Assembly: GCA_937934655.1 (NCBI GenBank)
Contig: CALGZB010000023.1
Coordinates: 2,908-66,907 of the forward strand
DNA: 64,000 bases
Origin: an uncultured Acidimicrobiales bacterium
GTDB lineage: Bacteria; Actinomycetota; Acidimicrobiia; Acidimicrobiales; SHLQ01
Direction of reading: 5' to 3'
Part shown: positions 46,595 through 57,300 of the stretch, one piece after another
How the letters are laid out: every line of letters begins with the position of its first letter
How positions within the stretch are numbered: position 1 is the stretch's first letter
Notes under the pieces: model-generated
Told to the model about the DNA's origin: nothing
Databases searched by the model: none
What the model saw: only the letters and a program-made list of their open reading frames with translations
Position numbers and translations under genes: made by a program

Positions 46595-47473
46595 GTGGAT
46601 CTTCAACAGCTACAAACAACCGGTGTCTGGTCTTTTACCGAAGGCATGTCGCCCGCCGAATCAGCTGAGTTCGCCGCTGGGATCGAACGGCTCGGCTACT
46701 CGGCCCTTTGGGTACCTGATGCCCGGGGTCGCGACCCGTTTGTGAACTGCGCGACGCTGCTTGAAGCCACTACCAAGCTGATCGTGGCGACCGGCATCGC
46801 AAACATCTGGGTGCGTCACCCAAGCGCCATGGCGCAGGGCGCGTTGAGCCTGGCCGAGAAATCAGGAGATCGATTCCTGCTCGGCATCGGCGTGAGCCAC
46901 AAACCATCGGTGCAAGGCGCCACCGGTATTCCGTTCACCAAACCGCTCGAGACCATGGGCAACTACCTCGACACCATGGCCGACTCTGTATGGCGAGGCC
47001 CTGAGACGGCGATGCCGCCGGTGGTTGTCGCCGCGCTCGGCCCAAAGATGTTGAAGCTGTCGGCGGAGAAGAGTGCGGGCGCACATCCGTATTGGACGAC
47101 ACCAGAACACACCGCACAGGCTCGCGAGATTCTTGGACCCGATGCTCTTCTCTGTGTCGAGCAGAAGGTCTGCATGACCACCGATGCCGAAGTTGGTCGT
47201 GCCAAGGGTGCCGAGCAGCTCGCCATCTACAGCCCGCTGCCGAATTATCGAAACAGTTGGAAGCGCATGGGTTTCACCGAGGAACAGATCGCAAGCAACG
47301 ACCCGGCGTTTGTCGATGCGGTCATGGCGTGGGGCGATGCCGAAACCATCCAGGCGCGCATCGATGCCCACTACGCAGCAGGCGCCACTCATGTCTGTGT
47401 GCAACCCGTGCACCCAACGGCTAGCGGCACCGTCGACTGGGATGCCCTCGAGGCCCTCGCTCCTGCAGGCTGA
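46595..47473 (+). CDS. Luciferase-like (LLM class) F420/flavin-dependent oxidoreductase
   Basis: 'AAGIERLGYSALWVPDARGRDPF', 'LLGIGVSH' and 'GATHVCVQPV' fit the LLM pattern. Confidence 0.75.
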   Translation: MDLQQLQTTGVWSFTEGMSPAESAEFAAGIERLGYSALWVPDARGRDPFVNCATLLEATTKLIVATGIANIWVRHPSAMAQGALSLAEKSGDRFLLGIGVSHKPSVQGATGIPFTKPLETMGNYLDTMADSVWRGPETAMPPVVVAALGPKMLKLSAEKSAGAHPYWTTPEHTAQAREILGPDALLCVEQKVCMTTDAEVGRAKGAEQLAIYSPLPNYRNSWKRMGFTEEQIASNDPAFVDAVMAWGDAETIQARIDAHYAAGATHVCVQPVHPTASGTVDWDALEALAPAG

Positions 47474-47529
47474 GTCACGTGCGACCTCACGCCACAACTG
47501 CAAGAACCGACTGCCTCTAGGCTTAAGGC

Positions 47530-48948
47530 ATGTCTTCCAACGCCGAACCATCATCTACTGCTGCGGTTGTAGAGCGGGCGCTCCGTGCCCAGGAACAGTT
47601 TGCTCAGGCGACCCAGGCCGAGGTGGATCAAGCGGTACGTGCTGTGGCGTGGTCGTTGTACGAGCCGGCCCGAGCGAAGGAGCTCGCCGAACTCGCTGTG
47701 GCCGATACCGGTCTTGGAAATGTCGCCGACAAGATCATCAAGAATCAGCGCAAAACCTTCGGAACGTTGCGCGATCTACTGCGGCGCACCTCGGTCGGCA
47801 TCATTAGTGATGAACCCGAGCGTGGCCTCACCATCTATGCGAAACCGGTTGGGGTTGTGGGGGCCATCACGCCATCGACCAATCCGGCAGCGACACCAAT
47901 CAACAAAGCAATGATGGCCATCAAGGGTGCCAACGCCGTCGTGATCGCTCCGTCACCAGCGGGTTGGAGCACCACAGCAAAAGCCGTTGACTACGCAAGG
48001 GCTGAACTCGAAAAGGTGGGGGCGCCAGTCGACCTGATTCAGGTCCTTCCGGCTCCTGTTTCTCGCGAGGCCACCTACGAGCTGATGGAGCTGGTGGACC
48101 TTGTGGTCACCACCGGCTCGCAGAACAATGTGCGAGCGTCCTACAAGAGCGGCACACCGGCTATCGGTGTCGGTGCCGGCAATGTTCCGGTCATCATCGA
48201 CTCGTCGGCCGACCTTGCCGACGCTGCGGCAAAGATCGCGGTATCGAAGACCTTCGACAACGCAACCTCATGCTCGTCCGAGAACTCGCTGGTGATTCTC
48301 GACGATGTGTATGACCGAGCACTCGAGGCTCTCTCTGCCGCCGGTGCATTCGTGGTCGACCCCAGCCAAGCCACCGAGATAGCGGAAAAGCTCTTTCCAG
48401 GTGGACACCTCAACCGCGACCTCATCGCCCAAGACGCCAGCGTTCTCATCGAAGCGTTCGGCCTCGATGCCCCCGCCGACACCAGGTACCTCATCGTCGA
48501 AGAGCCGGCGCCGTCGCCCGATCGGCCGCTCACGGGTGAGAAGTTGTCGCTGGTCCTCACCGTGTACCGGGCTCAGAACTTCAACCATGCCGTCGAGGTG
48601 GTCTCGCAGGTTCTCGATTTCCAAGGCAAAGGGCACTCGGTGGGGATTCACACCGCCGACGAATCCCAGACCCGTCGACTCGCCGAAGAGCTTCCAGTTG
48701 TCCGGGTTCTCGTCAACCAAGCGCACACGTTTGGCAACGGCGGGTCATTTGAAAACGCCCTACCTTTTACGCTCAGCATGGGCTGCGGAACGTGGGCCGG
48801 GAACTCCATCAGTGAAAATTTGAGTCTCGACCAATTCCTCAACCTCACCCACCTCGTCAGGACCATCCCCGAGGATCTTCCGAGCGAAGAGTTGCTCTTT
48901 GGGCCTCTCTGGGAACAGCAGCAGCAGCCCCTTGGGGAAGAGAAGTAA
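47530..48948 (+). CDS. CoA-acylating aldehyde dehydrogenase (EutE/PduP/SauS-like)
   Basis: 'PSTNPAATPINKAMMAIKGANAVVIAPSP', 'VVTTGSQNNV' and 'FDNATSCSSENSLVI' (catalytic Cys) are typical of the acylating branch. Confidence 0.72.
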   Translation: MSSNAEPSSTAAVVERALRAQEQFAQATQAEVDQAVRAVAWSLYEPARAKELAELAVADTGLGNVADKIIKNQRKTFGTLRDLLRRTSVGIISDEPERGLTIYAKPVGVVGAITPSTNPAATPINKAMMAIKGANAVVIAPSPAGWSTTAKAVDYARAELEKVGAPVDLIQVLPAPVSREATYELMELVDLVVTTGSQNNVRASYKSGTPAIGVGAGNVPVIIDSSADLADAAAKIAVSKTFDNATSCSSENSLVILDDVYDRALEALSAAGAFVVDPSQATEIAEKLFPGGHLNRDLIAQDASVLIEAFGLDAPADTRYLIVEEPAPSPDRPLTGEKLSLVLTVYRAQNFNHAVEVVSQVLDFQGKGHSVGIHTADESQTRRLAEELPVVRVLVNQAHTFGNGGSFENALPFTLSMGCGTWAGNSISENLSLDQFLNLTHLVRTIPEDLPSEELLFGPLWEQQQQPLGEEK

Positions 48949-49460
48949 TGACGTGGTTCTCGGCTCGAAACATTTCGCTCTCCACCGTTCCGGTTCCCGT
49001 CAGCGAGCTGTGGCCGCTCATCACCGATCCATCAATGCTGGCTTCCCTGACGCCGCTGGTTCGATCGATCGAATCATCTGGAGAGCACTGGCGCTGGACG
49101 TTGAACGGAATCGACGGACTCGGCGTAACGATCGAGGCGGTGTTTACCGAGCGGATGGAGTTCATCGACGAAGAACAGATCGTGTTCTCGCACGAGCCGC
49201 CCGCCGGAGCACGCGAGCGCGCTGCCGTCGAGGGTGTTTATGACTTCACGTCCAACGGCGAGGACTCGACTGATCTCCACGTCGACCTCACGCTTCTGGT
49301 CGAGTTACCGCTCCCACGGCTCTCCCGAATGGGGGTCGAACGGATCATGAACACAACGATGCGGGCGACCGGGCAGCGCTTTGCTGCGAATTTGTACGAG
49401 GAGCTCGGTTTGGATCCGAGCGACGTCGAAATCACAGAATTGCCGACGCCCAGAGACTAA
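48948..49460 (+). CDS. SRPBCC (polyketide cyclase/START-like) protein
   Basis: 'VPVSELWPLITDPSMLASLTPLV' is the typical SRPBCC N-terminus. The start overlaps the upstream stop by 1 nt (TAATG). Confidence 0.6.
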   Translation: MTWFSARNISLSTVPVPVSELWPLITDPSMLASLTPLVRSIESSGEHWRWTLNGIDGLGVTIEAVFTERMEFIDEEQIVFSHEPPAGARERAAVEGVYDFTSNGEDSTDLHVDLTLLVELPLPRLSRMGVERIMNTTMRATGQRFAANLYEELGLDPSDVEITELPTPRD

Positions 49461-49525
49461 GCCTCCAAACAAAAGAAACCGGTTCAGGTCAGTGAGTCGC
49501 CGACCTGCGCCGTTACGGTTCACCT

Positions 49526-49918
49526 GTGAGAACCCTCTGGACCAGCCGCGACATTAATGCTCCGGCCGAAACCCTGTGGGGTTTGCTCGTCGATCTGCAG
49601 GAGTGGCCCAGCTGGGGGCCGAGTGTGCGCAGCGCCGAGCTTCACAGCGAGACCTTTGGTTCGGGATCGACCGGAGCGGTGACGACGCTGGTTGGCGTCG
49701 AGGTTCCCTTCGAGATTACCGACTTTGACGACGGGACCCGATGGTCTTGGAAGGTGGCAGGGATTCCGGCCACCAATCACACCGTAGAGTCCTTGGGCCC
49801 CAACCGGTGTCGCGTCGGCTTTGGTGTTCCCTGGGTCGCTGCTCCGTACCTCGCCGTCTGTGAAGTAGCGGTCCGGCGGCTCGAAAAAATCGCAACAACT
49901 ACCGAGGTGGCAAAATGA
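49526..49918 (+). CDS. SRPBCC protein
   Basis: 'INAPAETLWGLLVDLQEWPSWGPSV'. GTG start. ATGA overlap with the next gene. Confidence 0.7.
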   Translation: MRTLWTSRDINAPAETLWGLLVDLQEWPSWGPSVRSAELHSETFGSGSTGAVTTLVGVEVPFEITDFDDGTRWSWKVAGIPATNHTVESLGPNRCRVGFGVPWVAAPYLAVCEVAVRRLEKIATTTEVAK

Positions 49919-51375
49919 AGGTCGCAGTTATTGGTGCAACCGGCTATGTCGGGGGCCGACTCGTCCCCGAGTTGTTGGCCAGTGGGCACGACGTGCGTTG
50001 TCTGGCTCGAACCCCCGCCCGTCTCGACGGGGTCGAGTGGCGGTCAAAGGTCGATGTCGCTGCCGCAGATGTTCTCGATGAGTCATCGGTTTCGGCAGCC
50101 CTCGAGGGAATCGAGGCGGTGTATTACCTCGTTCATGCCATGAGTCAGGACGGAGACTTTGCCGAGTCAGATCGGATTGGTGCCGAAAATACCCGCGTTG
50201 CGGCAGAAAAGGCAGGGGTCTCGAGGATCGTCTATCTCGGCGGTTTGGGCGAAGACGACCCTGGGGAACTGTCGCACCATCTCGCCAGCAGGCACGAGGT
50301 CGGACGAGTCCTCGCAGCCGGCCCGGTAAAGGTCACCGAGCTTCGTGCCGCGGTAATTATTGGATCGGGCAGCGCTTCGTTCGAAATGCTCCGCCACCTC
50401 GCCGAGGTCCTCCCGGCGATGATTTGTCCGCGCTGGGTCACGATGACGAAGTGCCAGCCCATCGCGATTGCCGATGTCTTGCGCTATCTCGTGGCAGTTA
50501 TCGAGATCCCCGAAGCGGCAGGCCAGATACTCGAGGTTGGAGGGCCTGATGTGTTGACCTACCGGGACATGATGGACCGTTACGCAGCAGCTGCCGGATT
50601 GCGGCGTCGACTGATCATCCCTGTTCCGATCCTGACGCCTCGCTTGTCGTCGCACTGGGTCAACCTCGTGACGCCGTTGCCGTATGTGCTTGCCCGTCCG
50701 CTCGTCGACAGTCTCATCAACGATGTCGTTGTAAGGCCCGACCGAGATATTGGCCGCCTTGTCGATCACACCCCCTACACCCTCGATCAGGCCATTGAGC
50801 GTGCTCTCGCGGTGGTCGGCGACCTTCAGCTCAAGACCAGTTGGATGGATAGCGCCCGAACCACTGGCGCAGCGGTGCCAATGAAACAAGATCCAGAATG
50901 GGCCGGTGGCACGATCTACGAGGCGATTCAAGAGGTCACCTCGACGGCTACCCCCGAGGCCTTGTTCTCGACGGTCACCGGAATCGGAGGGGAGCGAGGC
51001 TGGTATGCCGCCAACGTGCTCTGGACGCTTCGCGGGCTACTCGACAAGCTGATTGGGGGCGTCGGAATGCGCCGCGGCCGCCGACATCCCGATGAGCTAC
51101 GAGTCGGCGACGCCCTCGACTTCTTCCGGGTCGACGCATATGAAGAGCCGACATTGCTACGCCTTCGGGCCGAAATGAAGGTCCCGGGCGGCGCGTGGCT
51201 CGAGTGGCGAATCATCGACGACGGATCGGGCGGAACTCGATTGCGCCAACGGGCCCGGTTCCACCCGCGTGGGGTGGCCGGCCGAGCGTATTGGTGGGTG
51301 CTCTTGCCAATTCACAAAGTGATCTGGAAGCAATTGGCCGAGCGTCTCGCGCATACCGCAGAACAAGCGTCCTAA
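49915..51375 (+). CDS. NAD(P)H-binding atypical SDR fused to a DUF2867-like C-terminal domain
   Basis: 'MKVAVIGATGYVGGRLVPELLASGHDVRCLAR' Rossmann motif. The C-terminal 'GERGWYAANVLWTLRGLLDKLIGGVGMRRGRR' resembles DUF2867. Confidence 0.75.
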   Translation: MKVAVIGATGYVGGRLVPELLASGHDVRCLARTPARLDGVEWRSKVDVAAADVLDESSVSAALEGIEAVYYLVHAMSQDGDFAESDRIGAENTRVAAEKAGVSRIVYLGGLGEDDPGELSHHLASRHEVGRVLAAGPVKVTELRAAVIIGSGSASFEMLRHLAEVLPAMICPRWVTMTKCQPIAIADVLRYLVAVIEIPEAAGQILEVGGPDVLTYRDMMDRYAAAAGLRRRLIIPVPILTPRLSSHWVNLVTPLPYVLARPLVDSLINDVVVRPDRDIGRLVDHTPYTLDQAIERALAVVGDLQLKTSWMDSARTTGAAVPMKQDPEWAGGTIYEAIQEVTSTATPEALFSTVTGIGGERGWYAANVLWTLRGLLDKLIGGVGMRRGRRHPDELRVGDALDFFRVDAYEEPTLLRLRAEMKVPGGAWLEWRIIDDGSGGTRLRQRARFHPRGVAGRAYWWVLLPIHKVIWKQLAERLAHTAEQAS

Positions 51376-54300
51376 GCCTGGTCGACAAGCCCGTCTTCCC
51401 GGCGCACGAATGCGCTGACGGCGAGGAACAATAGCCCGAGGGCGATGAAGCTCATCGCGAGCCGGATCATGGTGCCGGAGCTGCTGCCGGTAAACGCCAC
51501 CTGGCCACTTGCATTGATGGTTACCGGTGCCGCCGAGTTGTTGTTCTCGAGGGTGGTTTCGCCGGTGATGGGGTCTGCGCCGAGCGGCGAAGACACCGTG
51601 GCGCTGTTGGTGATGATTCCGGTGGCGCTGGTCGAGATCTTGGTGTCGATCGTGAAGTCGACCTTCTCGCCGACCGCAAGGTCCTTCTCGAGCACGCAGG
51701 TCACGGGCTCGCCATCGGCACAGATGAATCCGTTGCCGCCGCCGCTGAGATAGGTGAGCATGGCTGGCAGTGGGTCCTCGACAGTGATCGGCCCGGCAGC
51801 GACGCCAGGACCGTTGTTGGTGACCACAAACTTCCAACGAGCGGTTCGTTGGGCGCCGTCGGTTGCGTCGAGTGTCTTATCGATGACGAGGTCGAACGGG
51901 GTGCGTTCGAGCGTCGCTGTGTCGATCCGTTGAATTGGGTCGACTCCCGGAATGGGAGAACCGTCTGGGTCTCCGTAGGGAGCAGCGACGACAACAACTT
52001 CGTTGACCAACGAGTCGTCGACGACTGATTCGGTGAAGAACGAGACGGTCTCGCCGGGGGCCAACGGGGTGGTGCCCTGAATAATGGTGAAGTCCGATGT
52101 CGTCTTGTCGAGCGCAACGTCACGAATCTCGATGTCGCCGAGATACGTATCGCCGGTGTTGGTCACCGAGACACACCACGTGACGTCGGTGCCGTGGTCG
52201 GCGATGATTGTTTCCTCGCCGAGACAACCCGAACCCGAGTCGTGCGAGTTGTACACCGTCTTATTGACGGTCATTCCAGGCGAGACCACTTCGACGACGC
52301 CAGTGTCATCGGCGGTTGGGGGCTCGACATCGGGAAGCGGTGTTCCGGATGGCGAGCTTGGGGTTCCGGTTGCCGAGGCGGTGTTGGTGAAGCCTTGGTC
52401 GAGGACGGTCTCATGGTGAAGCGTGACCGAGGTACCTGGTTGCATGATCCCAGTGTGAGTAAGGGTCAAGCCGAGCTCGGGGTCGGTAACGGTGGCGTCG
52501 ATAAGAGCCGTGTCGCCGGTGTTGGTGACGTAGAAACACCACGTCATTTCCTGACCCGTTGTTCCCTGGACGGGGTCGGTGCCGGGGCAACGGGCTCCGC
52601 CGTCGTGGCCCATGTACGCCGCCTTGACGATGTCGATTGCGGCGCTTGCGACGTCGACGGTTGCCGAGTCGTCATCGGTCGGCTGCTCGACACCGGGGAT
52701 CGGTGACCCGCTGGAGTCGGTCGGTTCGCCGGTTGTCGAAGCGGTGTTGACGAGGTCGTTCGTTGCAAGAGTTTCGTAGTGGAATACCACCGATTCGCCC
52801 GGGGCGAGATCGGACGGGTTGCCGCTGACGACGTTGAGGTCGGCGGTGGTTAGTCCCAGCGTGGCGTCGTCGACGGTCACGTTGCTGAGGTGGTTGTTGG
52901 CGTCGGTGTTGACGACGGTGAAGCAATAGGTGATTGCATCGCCCGAGTCCGCCACAGTGGCATCGACGCCGGGGCATCCGGCCCCGTCGTCGTGGCCGAC
53001 GTATACGGTCTTTGCGATCGCAATTGCTGACTCAGCTTCAAGAACTGAGGCCGTGTCGGTGTCCTCGACCGGTGGTGCGGGTTGACCGCTGGGTCCAGGA
53101 AGCGGATCGCCCGATGTGGTGAGCGGGTCGGCGGATACCGTTGCCGTGTTGATGAGGTTGCCATCAACCGGTGCGTCGATGGAGAACATCATCGTTCCGT
53201 TGGGTGCCAGGGGGACAGCGTCATCGTCGTCGTCAATCGAGACGAGGGTCATGTCGGCGGTTGTGGCATTGAGCGACGGGTCGTCGATGACGATGTTGTC
53301 GAGCGGGGTGTCGCCAGAGTTGGTGATCGCAAAGCAGTAGGTGACGACGAAGGAGTTTCCTGCCGCGATCGAGTCGACTCCGGGGCACGTGCCGTCGGCT
53401 GACACCGTCTTGGCGAGGGTGATTCCCGGGGTGAGGACTTCGATCTCGGCGGTATCAGAATCGGTCAGATCCTCGGCCGAGCCAGGAAGAGGGTCGCCAT
53501 CGGCCGTGGACGGTGTGGCAACGATCGATGCGCTGTTTGTCATGTCGCTGGTTGCAACGGCGGCGACGGCGAACGTAACCGATTCGCCGGTGAGCGCTGC
53601 GGGTGCAGCTGGCGCAAGCGTGACCGTGGTGGGGTCAGGTGTGGCCAGGGTGGATTGGTTCAGCGGGGTGAGTCCGAGCTGAGGGTCCGAAAGTTCGAGA
53701 CCGGAGAGGAAGGTCTGTCCGGTATTGGTGACGGTGAGGCACCAGGTGATGGGTGCTCCTTCGGCGGTTTGGGTAAGGCCGGTGCCGGGGCATGTTCCGC
53801 TTGCCGACACCGTCTTGGTGAGTTCGATTGAGGTAATGGCTTCGGTGATGAGCGCCTGAGAACCGTCGGCAACCGGTCCGACGTCGGGCAACGGATTGCC
53901 GGTGCCGTCAGATGGCGTGGCGGTGGTCTCGGCGTCGTTGAGCAGGTCGCCGCTTATCGTCGAGTCGTAGCTGAGCATTGCGCTCTCGCCAACGGCAAGT
54001 GTGTCGAGTGAACCAGACACAACGCTGAGGTCAGTGGTGGTCAGTCCAAGAGTTACGTCGTCGACGGTGACGTCGATGAGTTCGGTGTCGCCAACATTGG
54101 TGACCTCGAAGCAGTAGGTGATGGCGTCGCCGATTTCACCGAAGATCGAGGGGACGCCCGGGCATGTGCCATTGGTGGAGATCGTCTTGATGAGCTCGAT
54201 TCCGGGCGCAACCGTGTCGATGCTGGCGCTGTCGTCGTCGGTCGGTGCGTCGATGGTGGGTGGAAGGGGGCTTCCATCAACGTTGGTGGGTTCGCCAGTC

Positions 54301-57300
54301 GCCGTGGCCGTATTGACCTGGTCGGCCGTGAGCGTGCCCTCGAAGGCCATGGTGAGCTGTTCGCCGGGAGCCAGGGGAGCGGCGCCTGACACGGCGATGA
54401 GCGTCGCAGCCGAAGCAGCGTTGAGACCGAGGATGGCATCGTCGATCGTGACGCTGGCAAGAGCCGTATCGCCGGTATTAGTGACGGTGAAACACCACGT
54501 GACTGGCGTGCCGGCTACAGCACTCGCCAATTCAGCGGCAGAGGTAGCGCAGCGTGCTCCGGCATCGTGGGTTCCGGCGTACACGGTCTTCTCAAGCAGG
54601 ATTGCTGGAGCGACGAGGTCGACGGCGGCATCGTCGGGCGCCGAGACTGGTGGCGTCGCGTCGGGCAACGGAGCGCCGGTTGGGGTACTTGGTACGCCGG
54701 TAGCGTTTGCCGTGTTCACCAGGTCGGCAGTGATCGTTGATTCGGTGAAGAGGGTCACCGAATCGCCCGGGGCAAGCAAGGTTGGGTTCGACAGTGAGAT
54801 GCCGAGGACCGCATCGTCCACCGTGACACCGTTGATGGAGGTGTCGCCGGTGTTCGTGACCGTGAAGCAGTACGTAACCGGTTGTCCATTGGTACCAGAT
54901 GCAAGGTCGTCGGCCTCGGCGCTACCGCAAAGCAGACCGTTGTTGTGGCCTTCGTAGACCGTCTTGTCGATGCTGAGAGCGGGCGACACGACATCGATGT
55001 CGGCATCGTCGGATGCCGTGGGGTCACCCGTGGTCGGGATAGCGGTTCCCGAAGCATCGACAGGTTCGCCGCTCGTTGTCGCGACGTTCGTAAGGTCGAC
55101 GTTGGCCGAGTCTTCAACGAAGAACACTGCGGTGGAGCCTGGGGCCAAGAACGAAGCGTCGCCACTCAGAAGGGTGATCGACGTCGCTGACGGTGAACCG
55201 GGATATGAGGCTCCGAGTGCCGGGTCGTCGATGGTGACGTTGGCGAGGAATGCGACGCTGCTGGTGTTGGTGACGGTGAAGCAGTAGGTCACGGCGGTGC
55301 CGGAGTCGATCGTTTGCGAGTCGAGGCCAGGGCAGCCTGCGCCGCCGTCGTGGCCGACGTACACGGTTTTGATGATGCTGATGGCCGGATCGGTTTCAAC
55401 AACCTCGGCGGTGTCGGTGTCGTTCACCGGAGCCGCTGGTCCACCTGGTCCGGGGACGGGATCGCCAGCGCTGTCGACAGGTGCGGCAGAGACGGTGGCC
55501 GTATTGAGCAGGCCACCAGCTGGGAGGGTTGCTCCGGTGTAGGAGTACATGGCCGAGTCGCCGGGGGCGAGCGGCGTACTGTCGGCGGACTCGAGGACCA
55601 GGTCGGTCTCGGTGATGCCAAGATCGGCATCGGTGAAGGTCATCCCGGCAACGTCGAGATGCGTGGTTCCGCTGTTGTGAACCTCGAAGCAATAGGTGAG
55701 GGCAACGCCGTCGCCGCCAGTGAGGGTCTCAACGCCCGGGCAGGTGCCTGAGGCCGAAACGGTCTTGCGCAATTCGACTGCCGGGGTAAGAACATCGACG
55801 ACGGCCGGGTCGTTATTGGTGACCGGGTCGACGCCAGCGAGAGGGTTTCCACCCGAATCGGTGGGGTCCGCCGATACCGAGGCGGTGTTCACCAGATCGG
55901 TGGCCGCTGTTGCAGCTGCCGACAACATGACGGACTCGGTTGGGGCGAGAAGCGTCGGGTCGGAGATGTTCAACCCGAGGAGGGGGTCGGTCAGCACGAT
56001 GCCATCAAGATGGGTGTCGCCGGTGTTGGTGACCTCAAAGCAGTAGGTGACTGGGGCTCCTGCGGCGACGCCGGCAATTTCTGCGCCCGGGCAGGTTCCA
56101 TCGGTCGAGACCGTCTTGGCGATGCTGATCGAAGGGCTGACCTCGATGACCGAGGCAGTGTCGGTAGCCGAGACTTGCGCGATGCCGAGTGGCGTACCAC
56201 CAGGACCTGAAGGGGTGCCAGTTGCGGTGACGCTGTTGATTAGTCCGCCAGCGATGGTGTCGATGTACTCAAGGGTCACGCTGCCACCTGCTGGAATGAG
56301 CGAGAGCGCGCCTGCGGTTGTGACCATGTCGGCGTCGGTGATGCCAAGGGTGGTGTCGGCCAGCGTTACATCGCTGAGGGCGGTGTCGCCGGTGTTGGTG
56401 ACGGTGAAGCAGTAGGTGACGGCGTCGCCCGGAAGTCCGGAGGCGACCTCGATACCCGGGCAGGTGCCGACGGTGCTGGCGGTTTTAGCGACGTCGATTT
56501 GGGGGAGAACGAGGTCGACCGAAGCGGTGTCGGTATCGGACACTGGTGCGATTCCGTCGAGGGGGGTTCCCGCAGCGGTGGTTGGCGTGCCGATGGCATC
56601 AGCGGTGTTCGTAAGATCGGCCGTAAGCGTTGATTCGAAGAAGAACACTTCGGTAGCGCCTGGGGCGAGCGGCGAAACTGCTGCTGGGTTGTTCGCAGTG
56701 GGCTGGGATCCCGATGCGCTCAAGCCGAGAGCCGGATCTTCGATCACCACGTCGAGGTGGGTGTCGCCGCTGTTGGTGACGGTGAAGCAGTAAGTGACGT
56801 CATCGCTGGCGAGACCCGATGCAAGCTCAATCCCAGCGCAGCTCGCTCCGGTGTCGTGGCTGGTGTAGACGGTTTTCTCGAGGCTGATCGAGGGGTTGAC
56901 CTCATCGACCTCGGCCTCATCGGTCGACGAACTCACCGGGGTGAGTCCAGCGATTGGTGAACCTGTCGGGGTCGATGGTGTTCCGGATGCCGAAGCGGTG
57001 TTGATGAGGTCTCCGGCGATGACGGTTTCGTGGCTGACCGTTGCGGTGGCCGCTGGGGCAATGGGTCCGGGCACATTCAGCGTTATACCGAAGGTGCTGT
57101 CAGTGACGGTGATGTCGTTCAGGTGGGTGTCGCCGGTGTTGGTGACGGTAAAGCAGTAGGTGACGAGGTCACCGTTGAGTCCGGAGATGAGCTCGGTGCC
57201 GTCGCAGGATGCGCCCGCGTCGTGGCCGGCGTAGACAGTCTTGTCGATATCGAGACCCGGCCCGGCCTGGTCGACCTCTGCGGTATCTGGAGCTGAGTCA

